From contig CDMY01000022.1 of NCBI GenBank assembly GCA_001179505.1, forward strand, positions 144,438 to 208,437: a stretch of 64,000 bases of DNA, in the 5' to 3' direction. Within the stretch, counting starts at the first letter, position 1. The number at the start of each line of letters is the position of its first letter. This stretch comes from Vitrella brassicaformis CCMP3155 (Eukaryota; Protista; Chromerida). Below are positions 24,604 to 38,517 of the stretch, piece by piece. The notes beneath the pieces were generated by a model. That model was not told where the DNA came from and ran no database searches. It was given only the letters and a program-made list of their open reading frames with translations. The position numbers and the translations under genes were made by a program.

Positions 24604-25605
24604 ATGCGGTTCGAATTCGCTCCATTGATTGTGCTCTTGTGTGTGACTCATTCCGGCTCGGCCATCAGCATCAGACGGAGAAACAACGATGACAAGGCAA
24701 GCAAACAGACAACTGCACGGGCCGTCCATCGATCATTCATCATTGTGTGTCTGTCTGTGTCTGTGTGCAGGGTGAGCCGATGGAGCGACTGGTTGAGGAG
24801 GGGAAGACCAAATACTCAGAACAGCTGTTTGACGAGGCCATTGCTCCACTGCTCAACCTGGCCATCGACAAGCCTTCAGACACACACCACAAAGGTCAGT
24901 CAGACAGACAGACAGACGTGCAATGCACACTTGCTGCTGCCGTGTGTGGTCGACCAGTGACGCTGCATGTTGAGCACGATGTCGCTAACGACGCCAGACG
25001 GGACACCATCGCCGGCGAAGAAACCATCCAGGAGTGAGACATTAGGACACCACATGTCCACAACATGTGTGTCTTACAGCATGTGTGTCTGTGTCTGTCA
25101 AGATACTTCCGCAATCGGCCGTCTGTGTCGTTTGACGGAGCTCCAGACAGAAAGTACACACTCATCATGGTCAGTCAGGAGAGGTGACGAGGCGCATTTG
25201 TTTATGTGTGGACATGTGGGCAGATGGACGTCGATGACATCCCTCCGAGCCTCAAATGGTGCGTCACCGACATCCCTCCAACAGGTTTGTCAGAATCCCA
25301 GGACATGCAGACACACATCCATGCACTGCTGCATGGGCTCAGGCGTGGTCGCTGCCGGCGATGAGCGTTTCCCATACGAGCCGCCAACCACCATCGGCCA
25401 CACGTACGCCTTCCTCCTTTTCGAGCAGTCTCTCGACGCCAGAACGCCAGCCAAACCCTTCCCGACTCGGCTTCCCATTCTGCCCGTACCAAACCCCGAC
25501 GGCACAACATTCGACGCGTCCCACTTCGCGGAAGACAACGACTTGTTGCTTGTCGATTTCACCTTCGTCCGCATCAAAGCTACACCCGACCTGAGCTTCC
25601 CGTGA
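24604..25605 (+). CDS. Secreted PEBP (phosphatidylethanolamine-binding protein) family member
   Basis: Signal peptide MRFEFAPLIVLLCVTHSGSA. Spliced exons give RPSVSFDGAPDRKYTLIMMDVDDIP..KWCVTDIP..YEPPTTIGHTYAFLLFEQ..F...FAEDNDL, matching the PEBP motif order. Confidence 0.75.
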
Positions 25606-25649
25606 GTGCATCCAGTGCAGATGGATGGACAGACACCGAAACGAATGTG

Positions 25650-28600
25650 CGCGTGAATTGAGCTGAGAAGGTCTGTGTGCTTTCGGTTGGTGCGCATTAT
25701 ACGTAGCCACAGATTTATTCAGCGTCTGTGTCTGATCGACAGCGACACGAACATCCATCCATCCACTGACACAAACGCACGGCCGCACAGACGCACTCAC
25801 CAAGCAGCTAGGACACCAAGAAAGATCTAGAGCATGAACGCACACGCACACACCACCCACATACACTCACCCACACGCACATCATGCACGGCCTAAATGC
25901 ACAAACCACACACACACACACACACACTCACCTGCACGAACACACATCGACCAACCAATCGACCATCCATCAAAAGAGCATTGCACACGAAAGACAGACA
26001 GACAGACAGCCCACCGTCCACTCGAGCAGCCAACTAGAGAGGGGGATGCCTGGCCTGCATACGTACGTGCGCTCTCCTCTCCTCTCCCCCACCTGTCTCT
26101 CACACCACACCCACGGACACAGGCAGGCAGCCATTCAGACACGTGAAACGACATTCTAAGAGGGAGCGACGGACGGGAGGGAGGGAGGGAGGGATGGTAT
26201 GGCGTGCCTGCCTGCCTGCCTATCCCGTGGCTGCGCAAGCAGAGAGGTGCGACGAGGTAACAAAAAACGATCGACACACCCCCCAAGCCTGGCAGGTAGG
26301 CACAGCGGGTAGCAGGCAGGCGAGGCGAACACCACAGTGCACGCCACGCACCACATGCAGCAAACACACACACACACGCACTCAAATAAATACACTGGCT
26401 GCCTGGCTGAGGTGGCTGAGGTAAGGTGAGGTAGATAATATATAGACGTCATCATCATGGCTGATGGGATCGGCTGGACGATCTACACTGTCTGTCTGTC
26501 TGTCTGTGATGTGCGTGTGCACATGTCTCTCTCCATGAAGCTGGGGCGCCCGACGGACAGACAGACTGTGTCTGCCACGCACTGTACTGCCGCCACACAA
26601 ACTCATAGACCCTTATGTAAGGGACATGACATACACGCAGGGATGGGAGGGCAGGGCGGGGCGGGGGAGGAAGCGGTGGGCGAATGCGTGGGTGGGCAGG
26701 TGGGAGGGTGGGCCCATAAAGAAGCGATCGACAACAACAAACAAAGCAAAGTCAAAGAAACGAACAAAGATAGCGGGGAGGGATCAAGGGGATCACATCA
26801 AGGGGGCGGGGCCGTCGGTCTCAACAACCGGCACGGCGATCGATGAAAGAGGACGTGCGTACGCATGACCGATACGAACGCATCGCACATACATAGATAG
26901 GTTGACGGGTGGCAGGCAGACAAATTGACTGCATGGCACGCACTGCATGAACCAACGAACGGATGCGTGAGACGAGACGCCTGACTGACATGACTGACAC
27001 ACCACTGGCTGAGCTGGCTGATTGACAATCACCGACCCGCCCCCCCGCCCACCACATAGAAATACAGACAGACATACAAACATACAAACATGACATAGAC
27101 ACGTAGAGTAGACGTGCACACATGTGCAGCAGCGACACGACAATACACACTTATACTTGGTTGATAAATAGGCACCCCTCCCTCCCCTCTCCCCCCCCCC
27201 TCTCCCCTNNNNNNNNNNNNNNNNNNNNNNNNNNNNNNNNNNNNNNNNNNNNNNNNNNNNNNNNNNNNNNNNNNNNNNNNNNNNNNNNNNNNNNNNNNNN
27301 NNNNNNNNNNNNNNNNNNNNNNNNNNNNNNNNNNNNNNNNNNNNNNNNNNNNNNNNNNNNNNNNNNNNNNNNNNNNNNNNNNNNNNNNNNNNNNNNNNNN
27401 NNNNNNNNNNNNNNNNNNNNNNNNNNNNNNNNNNNNNNNNNNNNNNNNNNNNNNNNNNNNNNNNNNNNNNNNNNNNNNNNNNNNNNNNNNNNNNNNNNNN
27501 NNNNNNNNCCCCCCCTCTCCCCTCTCCATCCTCACACACATGACATGGTAGGGGAAAGGAAGGCAACCAGGGAATCGACACGCACATACATACATACATA
27601 CACGCCACGCATCACACCTTCCCCTTCACAAGCATCTATCTCATCGACTAACTAAACACACACTGCACCGGACAGCACCGCACCATGAACACGAGACTGA
27701 CGCATAGAAATACGGATGGGGAGGGGCCGCATTGCCCGCATGGCATGGCATCGCATGGCATCGCATCATGTCACCTACCTGCAGCGCGTCGGTACACCCA
27801 TAGAACTACAGACAGCACGGCACTACACCAACCAGCCAACCAGCAAGACGCTCTCTCCCCCCTCCCAATGAGATGGATGTACGTGTGTAGTGTAAGTGTG
27901 TCCCTCTCGCAGTGTCGCAGCTGCCTCGGCAAAGGAGCCAAACCATGCAGCCGAGACAGAACGATCGCGACACGTGTGTGCACCCACAGACCCACCCCCG
28001 CGCAGACAGACACCGACACGAACAGATCTTTCCAGCCAGGCGAGATGGCGTGATGTGAGTAAGATGTCTGTGTGTCTGTCTGGTGGGAAGGAACACTGTA
28101 TTCGCTTTCCTCGCCCAGCCACCCACCCACCCCACTCAGGCAGGGAGGCAGGGCGAGACAAATAAAGAGTATGTGGACCATTGAAACGACGCTCCCACCC
28201 ACCCAGCCCTCCACATCACTCACATACAGTCAGTGCATTGGTCGATCGATCGTTCGTTCGGCTGTGTGCGTGTGTGCTGCTGTTCAAAACTCCCCTTCCT
28301 CTCCCTCCCTGCCGTCAATCAACACTTATCCACGCTGGCTGAATGAATGACACACAGGCGATCCATGAGCGGCTACACTGGACTGACGCAGTCGGGTGCG
28401 AGGGTGGGCGAGTGAGAGAGCGAAAGAGATAAATGATATGATGATCCCCTTGTCTGTCTGTCTGTCTGTCTGTCTGTTTGGTTCTGCGGATAGGTGAGAG
28501 TGATGGTGAGTGAGTGCACTGAAAGGCATGCAGGCAGATAGGAAGTAGTGAGTGTGTGTTGGTGTTGGAACCAATGCAACCAACACACTGGCTGGCTCTT

Positions 28601-29470
28601 GCCAGTCATGTAAACCAGCCAGGCGTTGGTGGGACGGGACGAGACGAGACGACTGCACCCCCCAACGCACACACAGACGCAGCAGGCTGCCAGCCAGGCA
28701 GCCAGTGAGTGAGTCAAAAATCGATCTGTCGATCCACGACACGCGCCAGGCACGCCCTGCCCCGATGTGTGCCTCCCCTCCCCTCCCCCCCTGGCCGTCC
28801 CTGCAGCCATGAAGCGCATGCGATGTATTCCGGCATGATGGCGATGATGATGGGGTGTGTGTGTGTGTGTGTGTTGTCGATAGCTCAATCGGTGGTGGTG
28901 GTGCGCTGACACAGCGACGAAAAAAATGTCACCTCACTCGCTCACTCACTCAGACAAAAGGCAGGCAGGCAGGCAGGCAGAGAGGTGACTTGAAAGGAAG
29001 AACTAGGGAGCTAGAACATAATAACACATACGCACTCTCGTCGCACCACGGAGCCATGTCGGCGTCCGTGGACAGCTGGATGGATGGATGGATGGATGGC
29101 CGGTGGGCCGTATGAAACAAAGATCGACCAACCGACCACCAGTATTCCAGCCAGTGTGTCCACCCCTCTCTCTCTGGCTGTGTGTGCTCCCCTCTCCCCT
29201 CTCTCCCCTCCCCTCCCTGCCCTGTGCCCCTCCAAAAAGCCTAGCTAGAGAGCACTCACACACACGTGGCCACACTGCAAACACACACCCCTGGAGGGAG
29301 GCAGGCAGGCAGGCAGCCAGCCAGCCAGGCGACGATTCTGCCCGTCTGTCTGTCTCTCTCGCTTAAATGCCCGGCCACCATATACTCACTCATGGACAGA
29401 CTTCGAGATATGCACTGCACGTCAATCCTGCCTGTCTGCCTGCCTGCCTGCCTGTTCTCTGTGTCAGTCG
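25650..29470. repeat. Microsatellite-rich non-coding desert between convergent genes
   Basis: Dense (CA)n, (GACA)n, (GGCA)n, (GGAT)n and (CT)n tracts. I found no credible spliced ORF. Confidence 0.7.
27209..27508. other. Assembly gap (300 N)
   Basis: Run of N. Confidence 1.
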
Positions 29471-29479
29471 GGTCGGCGA

Positions 29480-32400
29480 CTAGTCCCTCCCGGCCATCCA
29501 CGAGGGCATTGAGTTGGTGCTGTTCTGCGCCACGATGTCGCCCGAGGCCCAGAGGATCCAGAAGAAGATGAAGCACACCCACACGCACAGCGACCCGTAG
29601 AACTTCCACGGCTGGTCCAGACACCGACGCCACTTGACCGGGAAGCCCCCCCTGTCGTAGATGACCAGGGTGGCGCACGCCGTGAAGATCTCGATGGTCA
29701 GCTGCACCAGGAGGGCGGCGAGGGCCTGCTTGGGGGGGCACTCGGTGCGGCCCAGCTGGATGAGGCCCGGGAAGAGGGCCGGGGTGAAGGAACCCAATAT
29801 GGTCTGCATCACACCGGGGATCACTATCGCTGCAAACTCACTCAACAGACCTGATTGGTCGATCGGCGCACAGGACAGGCAAATATCACATATATCCACA
29901 CATGTGCATCGTTTGCTGTGCTCAGCCTGTGTGTCCGTGCCGTGAGTCACTCCTTACACTTACCGACATGCACGTCGAGGACGAACACATCTACTGCCCG
30001 CTCCCACTTGCGGGGGTCCGAGGACATGCGCCAGAAGCGGCAGCCGGACGTGGCGAACCGCCACAAGTCCATCGACCGCCCGTACAGCGTGTCGCCCGTC
30101 ACCGTCGTCATCGACTCCGACCGGTTCACCGCCGCCGCTCCGTCACGCGACGGCTGCTGGGAGATGGATGGCCCCAGCGTCAAGATGGCCATGTCCAACC
30201 CGCCCTCCCGCCCATAATCCTCGGACGCCATCCCCTCCCCCTCCCAGCCGTCCTCCCAGTAGACACGGCTGCCGGGCCCCTCATGGCCAGTGTTGGTGTC
30301 GTTAGGCTCGTCCCGAGGGCTCTCGCCCTCACACGGGAAGGGGTCACCGGGATGCACGTCGGGGCGAGGGAGGTCGGGAGGGCAGGGGGACTGCATGGGC
30401 GGCGGAGATGGCCTGAAGATGGGGTAAATCTGCCGTGGTGTGGGGGGGTGGCTGGCCACCTCGGCTGAGCAGCAGGCGATAGCGCCGAAGAGCGAGCAGG
30501 AAGCTGGGCTGCTGAGAGACCTGCTCCGGCTGGCGGCAGTGGGAGGCCTGCAGGGGCCGCACGATGGAGGGTCCACCATCTCGTGGTGGAGCCTGGGTAC
30601 CCCATTCTTCTTGTTGCTCTTGTCCCGCCATCTGCGGCTGCGGCGTTTGCGTCTACCCCTGCTCTGCCGCGAGGAGCTGGTGCTGCCCACCTGCGGCTGG
30701 CATCTCGCCTCCTCGGGGATAATCACCTCAGTATCCTGCTGCTGCTGCTGCTGCTGACGCTGCTGCTGATGCGGCTGCATCTCCTGCAGACAGGGAGGGT
30801 CAGGCTCGTCGGGCAGGTCAGCGATGGTCTTGGTTGGCGCCAGGGGGTCGGGTGGGGGCGACATCTGTGAGCAGCTGGACGAGGCGCTGTTCTGGTGCTG
30901 AATCATGAGAGGCGCCTTGCCCTTGAACACGTCCTTTCTCTTGTCGTCGATGGAGAGGCTGCCGTCTCGCCTCGCGAGCCTGCGGAGCCGCTTGTAGACG
31001 CACAGCCACACGACCCGCCAGAAGAGGTCGAAGCAGCTGTCGAGGAGGGAGGCGATGGCCACGGTGGAGAACTCGGGCAGACGCAAGATGAAGAGACGCA
31101 GAAGCGCTAGGGAGAAGGTGCGATACTGAGCAGATGTGACACACACCCGACACACGGACACAGAGACAGACCCATTGGCTCGGTCGGTCGATCACATACA
31201 TCTCTCTCTGCGTGTATGTTTCCTTCCTTGCTCACCATGAAGATGTTGCTGCCGTAGACGGAGAGGGGCACGTTGACCCTGACGTTGCGGTAGATGGCCC
31301 TCTGTATCATCTCGACGGCCTCCAGGACCACGTAGAGACAGACAATGTAGGCCACGAACAGCCACATGATCTGGTCGGCCGACCCCAGCCACCGGTCCCC
31401 CAGCCACTCGATGCGGTCCACGTCCTCGTCGTACTCTATCCACCAGCGGATGTAGCCGTACAAAAACGACGCGGCCATGATGCCACAAAACGACAGAAAC
31501 GTGGCCAGCACCACCATCAGGAAGGGCTGCCAGCTCTTGAAGGGGCGCCGGGGTTTGGGGGCCGCGATCCACGCCACTATGGGCGCCTTGATGAGGAAAA
31601 AGACGTCCACCAGCACCGACCAACGGTTTTGGTAGACCAGCGCCGCATCGTCCGGCAGCTTGGCGAGGGTGAAGCCCGCCGCGAGCATGACGACCACGGC
31701 CAGTGAGTAGGTCAGGATGCACCTGCGTGTCCCCAGGACGCCCTTGGGCAGCAGGAGGACGCTCCACACGAGCAGTGCGCCGTCCATGGTGAAGAACATG
31801 GGTATGCGGGCCATGAGGTAGTAGTCGCAGAACCGCAGCGACGTGCTGAAGTAGACGATCGTCTTGATGATGACGGCCATAACGGCCACCATGACGGCGA
31901 AGACAGCCGTGACGGCGAGCAGCATGAGGAAGGTCACCCCGCTCCTGTTGATGCACTCGTTCCAGTCGAAGTCGTCCTGTGCGTCAGGCAGGCAGCACTG
32001 GCACCACCACCGACGCGTCGGTGGGATGGTGCGCTTGGGCGAGGGGGATGACGTCCACGGGCAGTTCTGCAGGGGAGGGAGGGGGGCGGGTGAGAGGGCG
32101 GGAGGGGGCGCCCGGGTGTGGTCGATGCGGGAGAGGCCCAGGGGAGGCGAGTCGTCTAGAGACCCGTCCACAGACGGCAACAGGTGCTGTGGCCGCTCGT
32201 GCACCTGCACATACGCACAGACAGACAGACAGACAAATGAATGAGGAGGCACCGCGCGACGAGGCGAGAACCGAGTGCATTCTCTCACCGGCATGTCGAC
32301 TGGCTGTTGCCTCTGCAACCCCTCTGCTGCGTCAGGCATCTTGGTGTCCGGGCTGCACTCCCACCCGACTCCCATGGTGCTGACGGCAGACGTCACAGAT

Positions 32401-32672
32401 ACCAGCACTTCGCTGTTGAACAGCACACTAGGTGGGTCATCCGCCGCCTCGCTCTCTCCCTCATCGCTGCTGTTGGTGCTCTCTGGCGCCTCGGTGGACG
32501 GCGCCGACCTAAGAGGCTGGATGCCGCCTGGCCGCGGGCCGTGCAGGGCCCTCCCGCTGGCAGTGGGACGTCTGGGGTGATGGCGACTTGCCGAAAGCCG
32601 GATGCCTTCGACAGGCACTGCGAAGCTGTCCTCTGCCGGGACGACGCAGATCGTCGTCAGAAGCTCCGCCAT
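29480..32672 (-). CDS. Uncharacterised multipass membrane protein
   Basis: Long GC3-rich exons (ORFs 31107-32672, 29947-31161 and 29480-29950). It has a disordered N-terminus, multiple hydrophobic helices (e.g. VTFLMLLAVTAVFAVMVAVMAVII), a large Ser/Pro/Gln-rich loop and terminal helices. I recognised no family motif. Confidence 0.8.
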
Positions 32673-32919
32673 GCCGCCCTCGTCAGTCAGGAGGCTGCCA
32701 CCTGTGCAGTGGGGAGGGCGGCTGAGGCAGATCTCAAGGCGCTATTATATGCACAGATCTGCACCACTCACTGTTTCGCGCACAGTAGTGCCCTAACCAC
32801 AACTGGGCGGCACACAACATGCAGGCTGTCTGTCTGTCCGTCTGTCCATCCATCCATCCATCCATCCATCCATCCACAAGCACCAGTGTTTTCTGGCCTG
32901 CGTGTGTCATGTAGGTATG

Positions 32920-33921
32920 TCACTCGACGGTCATGCTGCCCAGTGTTGCTCGCGGCTCGACGCCCTTGTCGCGCAGCCCCTTGCACATGGCCACCTTCCA
33001 CCCCAGCTTGAGCTGCATGCTGCCCCCTGGCCACTCCCGCAGAAGACCGTCGATCCACAGATAATCGGCATACGACGCCTTGTGCAGGTCGAGAATCTCA
33101 TCAAGCGCCTGGCCCGAAACCTCCTCCTAGCAGACAGACATTGCACCAACCAGCCAGATAAAGAAGGTAGGCAGGCGGCCATGCCATGGGTGTGCTGTCT
33201 TTGTCACTCAGGTCGCCTACCTCCAGCAGGGTCGGTGCGATCTCTTGCAGTTTCTTGTACTTCTTGCCGGCGTCCATGAGTTTGGCATGCACCTTGTCGG
33301 CACTCAGCTCTGCCAATGGCACCTTCTTGCTCCTCTCCACTGCCTCAATGTCGCCGCTGCCTCTGCGGTCGGGCGTCAGGAACATATAGAGCTGAATGGC
33401 TGGGCCGGCCCGCATGCCCCACTGCTCGCGCATCGTCTGGACATCACGATTCTCAACCAGCACCTGCATCAGCGTGTCCGCATCCAACTGGTGCTGTACA
33501 CAGGAAGGGCAGCATGGCATGGCGCACAGAGTCAGTGACAGGACAGACAAAGACTTTCCTTCTGTGTGTGGCTCACTGCAACGATGACCGACGCCAGCTT
33601 TTGAACTTCGGGTACATCGCTGGACCGCATGCGCTTTGCCAGCTTCTTCACCGCCTCAGGGGCGGCAGCAGCCACCTCTGGTGCCTCATTTCCTCTCGCA
33701 GCAGCAGCACCCTGCGTCACGTTCACCTCGATCAGCGGCGGAATGGCGCCTTGCTTCCGAGCCTTGGATGCGCGCCCTTTCTTGGGAGGGATGGCGGCGG
33801 CTCTCTTGCGGCTCGACGGCCTCTTGGGCACGTAGTCCTCTTCGTCGAACTCGGGCTGGTACTCATCCTCCATCTCCTCACCACCTGCCGACTCATCCTC
33901 GGGCACGTAATCTTCGTCCAT
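32920..33921 (-). CDS. Protein with an acidic/basic N-terminus and two SAM-like domains
   Basis: Three exons: MDEDYVPEDE... then LDADTLMQVL...WGMRAGPAIQLYMFL, and LSADKVHAKL...LLEEEVSGQAL...MQLKLGWK. Both segments follow the SAM helix pattern (eeIdG..L..L...G..LGp..kI). The SAM assignment is by eye. Confidence 0.5.
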
Positions 33922-34207
33922 GTCGGGGCAGAGAGAAGGGAAAGAACTTCGCCCCCCTTCAGCTAAGCTCGCATCTGCGAGCTGCGCCAGAAGGGCGTTT
34001 CCTGGCCTTTTTCGCTCTCTGTACTTCCCAGGGCCTTGAGAGCAGCAGTTGGTGAGTCCAACCGGCCGGGTCGGCTGCTGTCGGCCCTCTGTTGCATTCC
34101 CCGGTGCCAGATAGTCATCCAACCATCCATCTGTGTGTGGAGAGAGAAGCTGAAGTCAAGCAAGAAGAAGCAGAATAGTCGAGAGTCCGCCCGTCCGTCC
34201 GTCAGGG

Positions 34208-37200
34208 ATGGGTCTGTTTCGTTTGTTTCGGCTATGCTTCTCCGTTCCTCTCCGTTTGTTTCTGGACACGGTGCTGTTCCTCTCCCTCCTGGGCTTTCTC
34301 CCCTGGTTCTGCTGCTTCCGCCTGTGGGAGGGGGGCCTCAAGGTCTTCTTCGGCGCCATCCAAGTGCTGCTCGAGTTCCAACGCACACAATGGAGGAGGT
34401 GCGAAAGAAAGCCATACACACACGGACAGGGAGGGAGGGAGGGAGGGAGGGGCCCAGCGACAAGGTGGATGGATGGATGGATGGATGGCTTTGTTGTCAT
34501 GTCAGGTTGTTGAGTCTGCTGCGGCCGTTCCAGTGGCAGTTCGACGCTCTCTTCGCCCGGCACTACTTCCAGCTAAAGCGGCGGGTCGTGTCGATCATCC
34601 GGCCGCTGGTGCACATCACCAAGCACTTCATCGACTTCCTCATCGAGTCGCTCCTGACCAGGATGTATGTGCTGGGCCAGTGGGTCAAAGCCGGCTCGGC
34701 TGCCGGCTTCATCGCTGTGTCGCTGACGGTGCTGCTGTTCGAGACGCTCCGTGAGAGCGTGAGGAACGCCATCAGTGCGGTCAGGCGGACGAGGGAGAGG
34801 CTTGGGCAGGCCGTCGTGTGGCTACAGAAGGCACTCTCGGCGGACAGTGAGGTCGGAGAGCCGGGGGGCGGACACATCGGTAGTGTCTGTCTGTGAGTGT
34901 GTGTGTGTGGATGGGATGGCTTCAGGCGCTGAGCAGGCGATTCATCTTGTATCGGATACTCGACACACGACTCACCAAGGCAGAGAACACCGTCATCGGA
35001 TGCCTGGCGGTGTGCACACTCCTACACACACACACCCCTCTATGTATCTCACAGTCGTGTTGTGTTGATGTGTGTGGATGTTTGGGTGGCGGCAGCGTGC
35101 GACCAAGAACATAGACACGGCTGTCGGCCAGGCGCAGGATGTGGCCTCCGGCATGGCCCTTGACATCCGCCTCACCTCATGGTCGACACGACTCAGGATA
35201 CTCCCTGACCCTGCAGCACTCCGGTCAGTGAGGGAGGGACCACACACAGGCACGCAAACGCGGCGAGCGACTTGGATGTGTGTGGTCTCTTTCTGTGCCT
35301 ACGTGCAGCCCGTTCTCGCCGTGGATGGTGATTCGCCACCCCGAGCGAGCCGGCCATCGCAAGACATACAGAGGGTGGCTGGGCTGGCTGACAGAACCAA
35401 CGACACATGGATGGATGTGTGCGTGACTGTGTGGTGTGTCAGATATGGGTTGTGGTGTGTGACCATCATGGAGGCCAAGGCCGTGGATCGCACCGCCACT
35501 GAGGCGGGCCGCTTCAGGGACCCCTGGAGCTACCCATACGTGCGGGTGGGGCGCGACGGGCTCCACTTCTTCCGCACTGTCACGGCACACCACAACGGCA
35601 CACAGTGGAACTTCGCCTTCATGCTGCCGGTACATTTACACACACACACTGACACACACACACACGCACACAAACCGATGGATCCACTGTGTTTTGTCGT
35701 GTCGTCCCGGCGGGTCACACAGGTGTACCATCCGCACAGCGAGCTGACGTTGGAGCTGTTGGATTACGACCCCGTGACGGGGTGGTCGCACCCCATCGGC
35801 CTCATGGCCTTCCCCGCATGGAGGCTCCAAACCAACAAACGCAGGCAGGGTCAGTGAGTGATTCGATGATGAGTGAGGCAGGCCACCACGCCACAGATGG
35901 ATGCAGGCTATCCGTCCCAGAACTGGGTGCTGCGATGGGTGCTTTCTTGTGTGTGTCAGGTTGGGCGGCGCTGTACGCCCCGCCGGCAGTGCACGGCCCT
36001 CCCGCCCCTCCCGGCGTCACGGCCTGGCTCAGACTCACCATGGAATTCAGAGTCCAGTCCGTCTTTCACGTGAGCGAAGCGACCGACCCGCCAAAGCACC
36101 GCACCCCTCTCTCTGCATGTGTGGTGTGGGTGGATCCATGGGGTGACGTCTGTCTGCTGTCATGTGTATCTTTCATTCATTGTCACGCAGGAGATCATCG
36201 CCCACGCGTTGCCGATGCCCAAGAAGAAGCAGACTTCCCACTCCAAGGCGGTCAGCCAGGCCAGCGGCATCATCAAGCCCAGTGACCCCGATTTCCCCGC
36301 CTCCATCGGCGACCCCCTGAGCCTCAACACTGCCATCCGACCCAAGGACGGCTTCCTCACTGGCGGCGATGGCGCGCGCCGCTCGCCACCGCAGTCTCAG
36401 CGATCGCCACTCGGGTGAGGCGACGCGCAGAACAGACATGTGAATGGCCGGCACCATGCCTGTGTGTGTCTGTGTTGTGTGTTGTGTGTTGTGTGTTGTG
36501 GGTGGGTGTAGTGGTTTGGTGAGTCCTGGTGGTTCGTCCGAGGGCGAGGGTGAGGACGAGCAGATGATGCAGTCGCTCATCGGGGCGGCCATGGTGCTAA
36601 GGGATCAGCTTGTCAAGAGAGGCATCACAAGACTCAAAGAGGTCACACACATACACAGAGAGAGAGAGAGAGATCGTCACACATCGCTCGCTGTACTGTC
36701 CATCTTGGTGTTGTGCATGCCCTTCCCCCGCCCAGGCGGTGTCTCTGGTGCTTCGGTGGCAGTACCCCTTTCTGTCCGTCACGGCCACGGTGCTCTTCTG
36801 GGCCACCTGCTTCAACATCGACCTCCTCCCTGCCCTCCTGCTCTTCCTCACCCTGTCCACGCTCGTCCACTACTACTACCGCACTTACAACAAGGCCCCT
36901 CACGCACGCTCACGGCCTCTCTCCCACCCGCCCTCGTCATTCCTCCCCGCCACGCCCATCAACCGGAGGCACAGAGGGTCCCCTCGTGGCGGGGCACAGC
37001 GGTCGCCAGCACACTCCCCCACCGGCCCCTCACAGCAGCCACGCTCTCCCCCGATGAGATCCTTCCTTAGCCCCTTCACGCTGCGGGCCCGCCGTCCTCC
37101 CGCCGAGGGGCAGGAGAGCGTCCCGTCAGTGCCGAGCAGTCTGGTGTTGCCGCCCCCTCGTGTGGCCGAGGGCGGCCTGGGGATGGGCGGCATGCATGCC

Positions 37201-38018
37201 GGACCAGCAGCACAGACACAGGGGGCGCGAGACTTTGAGCGAGATCGGGATCAGGAGGAGGAGACGGCACTGGAGGCGCCTATAGTGGTGGTGCCGTCGT
37301 CGATGGGCGCGACGGTCAAGGAGCCCCCTGCGGGCATGTCACTGCCGCTGCGGCTGAGGCTGCTATTCCGCCTGCTGCCCGCCAGCGTCAAGAATGTCCT
37401 GGTGGCCTACGTCAGGCCCGTCATCCTCGGCATTGCATACGTGGTCGGCAAGGTGAGTGAGCTGCAAAGTCAATCAACGGGGAACGAGGGAGGGAGGGAG
37501 CTGTGCGGGCGGACAAGAGCGGTCATCTCTCTGCGTGTTTGTTGCATCTCATCTAGATTGACGATTTGTTCCACTGGAACAACGTGTACGAGAGCTGGCT
37601 GTTCATGGCACTGCTCATGCTATGCGGTGCCAGCTATGTGATGGCGGGCCTCTCTCTCCGAGTGTTCCTCTGGTCGCTCTGGTCGGGCACCTTGGCACTC
37701 GTCTTCTGGATGTTCGTCCTCGCAGGTATATACGTCAGCCACACCAATACACACACACACCCCGTCAACAGTGACAGACGTCTCTCTCTTTGCTGCGTGT
37801 GTGTGATCCTTCCTTGATGGTCAGGCTCCTACGTGCTGTTGCGCCAGAGCCCGCCCTACCGATTCTGCTATGCCATTCTGCTGGGCGTCCGCACTTTGTT
37901 CCTTCGCCAGTTCTACGCCCTCATTTTGGAGCATGAAGTGCCAAGCCTGCCCCAGGCGATGCCCAACGGCCTCTCGCCTCAAAGCATCACCGAGTCCACC
38001 CGACCACCCACACCTTGA
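34208..38018 (+). CDS. C2-domain and transmembrane protein, MCTP-like
   Basis: About 11 exons in consistent phase. C2-like core VTIMEAK...DPWSYPYVRV...RT...WNFAFMLPVYHPHSELTLELLDYD...PIG. C-terminal LVLRWQYP...TM and LFHWNN...TM blocks resemble the MCTP/PRT_C region. Confidence 0.65.
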
Positions 38019-38247
38019 CTTGACGACGGAGGCAGAAAGAGAAGACTGACTGACTGACAGGATGCCCGGCCGTCGTTGTCAGGCTTTTTTGTGCGCGGGG
38101 GGCTTTGTGTCGTGGGCGCGGCGAGGAGGCGGCATGATTGCATTGCAGTCAGTCAGTTTTTTCTGAAGTTTGTATGTTGTGGTTGGTTGTGCGTGCGGTT
38201 GGAGGTTGTGCGTGTGGTACGTCCGTATGTGTGTAAGGGTGTACGGG

Positions 38248-38279
<32 letters not shown>

Positions 38280-38517
38280 GATACGCGACTGTCTGTCTGC
38301 CTGCCTGCCTGTCTGGCGGTCTGTCTGTCTGCCTGTCTGTCTTTCTGTGTGCCCGTCTCGTCCTTCTGCCTGTCCTCCTAGCCTTCATAATTGGTCCGGA
38401 TGCCTAGGCCTGTCTGCCATGATTGACTTGCTCTATTTGTCTGCTGGTTGTACGACTCGGGAGCCTCCGTGGAACGACTTTAACGTCCAACATTCGCCCG
38501 ATTTCACCGGCAGCAAA

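Noticed and set aside
25650-29470. Many 60-270 aa ORFs rich in CVCV/THTH/DRQT/SIHP here and at 47300-50500
   Set aside because: They are translations of microsatellites or run through N gaps, with no GC3 bias or credible splice structure.
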